DNA of 54,586 bases, from IMG/VR virus record IMGVR_UViG_3300017777_002652, positions 1 to 54,586 of that record, one strand, 5' to 3'. Numbering within the stretch: position 1 is the first letter of the stretch; every line of letters begins with the position of its first letter. This DNA comes from a virus. Taxonomy: Duplodnaviria; Caudoviricetes. The translations under genes were made by a program, and so were the position numbers. This document shows positions 54,401 through 54,586 of this stretch, piece by piece. Under the pieces are notes generated by a model. The model was not told the DNA's origin. It was given only the letters and a program-made list of their open reading frames with translations, and did not search any database.

Positions 54401-54586
54401 CTAGTTTTTAGTAAATATAGGGAAATTTAAAAAAGAAACAAACAGCGCTGTATAAACTTGTTTTCTACCAATCTTAACTGCCTTTGTTATAACTGGAGCT
54501 GAGCCTCCGGAGTACATAATTTTTTGTATAGTTCGATCAAATTGCATTTTAGAGCTAGAAAACGTAATAAAAGTAGCGTGATCTAT
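54401..54586 (-). CDS. Possible 3' end of an ORF entering from outside the window
   Basis: Frame open for 61 codons (IDHATFITFSSSKMQFDRTIQKIMYSGG...FTKN*), TAG at 54403-54401; no start visible. Confidence 0.35.
   Translation of the reverse strand: MDHATFITFSSSKMQFDRTIQKIMYSGGSAPVITKAVKIGRKQVYTALFVSFLNFPIFTKN
54412..54442 (-). promoter_or_regulatory. Possible Bacteroidota sigma-A-type promoter (TTTG-N19-TATATTTA)
   Basis: Minus strand TTTG (54442-54439), 19-nt spacer, TATATTTA (54419-54412); one mismatch to the TAnnTTTG -7 box. Confidence 0.35.

Noticed and set aside
1-54586. Stop-codon reassignment, as in some large Bacteroidota phages
   Set aside because: Genes are intact in the standard code; TAG (15611, 24224, 48009) and TGA (3078, 3686) stops are followed closely by the next start.

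Overview
54.6 kb of a large T4-like (myovirus-type, probably jumbo) phage genome. About 52 genes are tightly packed, all on the minus strand, in the standard genetic code. In transcription order (right to left) there are five blocks. (1) A small regulatory block with an HD hydrolase and a gp55-like late sigma factor. (2) A baseplate/tail block: split gp5-like hub/spike with a C-terminal YkuD-like peptidase, gp25, gp6/J, Ig, LamG and DNRLRE-like proteins. (3) A Holliday junction resolvase, primase and Mre11-Rad50 fusion inserted among tail genes. (4) An ~11.5 kb accessory block encoding an HxGH nucleotidyltransferase/ligase-like fusion, an R-S-E ADP-ribosyltransferase, two ParB/Srx-fold proteins, ferritin, an HExxH peptidase and a Cys-rich protein. 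(5) The head module: terminase, portal, prohead protease, scaffold, and a major capsid protein that is truncated by the window edge and absent from the ORF track. Three patterns stand out. Unrelated accessory proteins share an N-terminal MIKLxDLLxE-type leader ending in a gp21-type cleavage site, suggesting a capsid-cargo loading system. A TATTTATA element, the reverse complement of the T4 late promoter, sits just upstream of many gene starts. Surface structural proteins are dense in (S/T)-(G/A/S/Q)-S tripeptides. A Bacteroidota host is inferred, not shown. All family calls come from reading motifs by eye; no searches were run.
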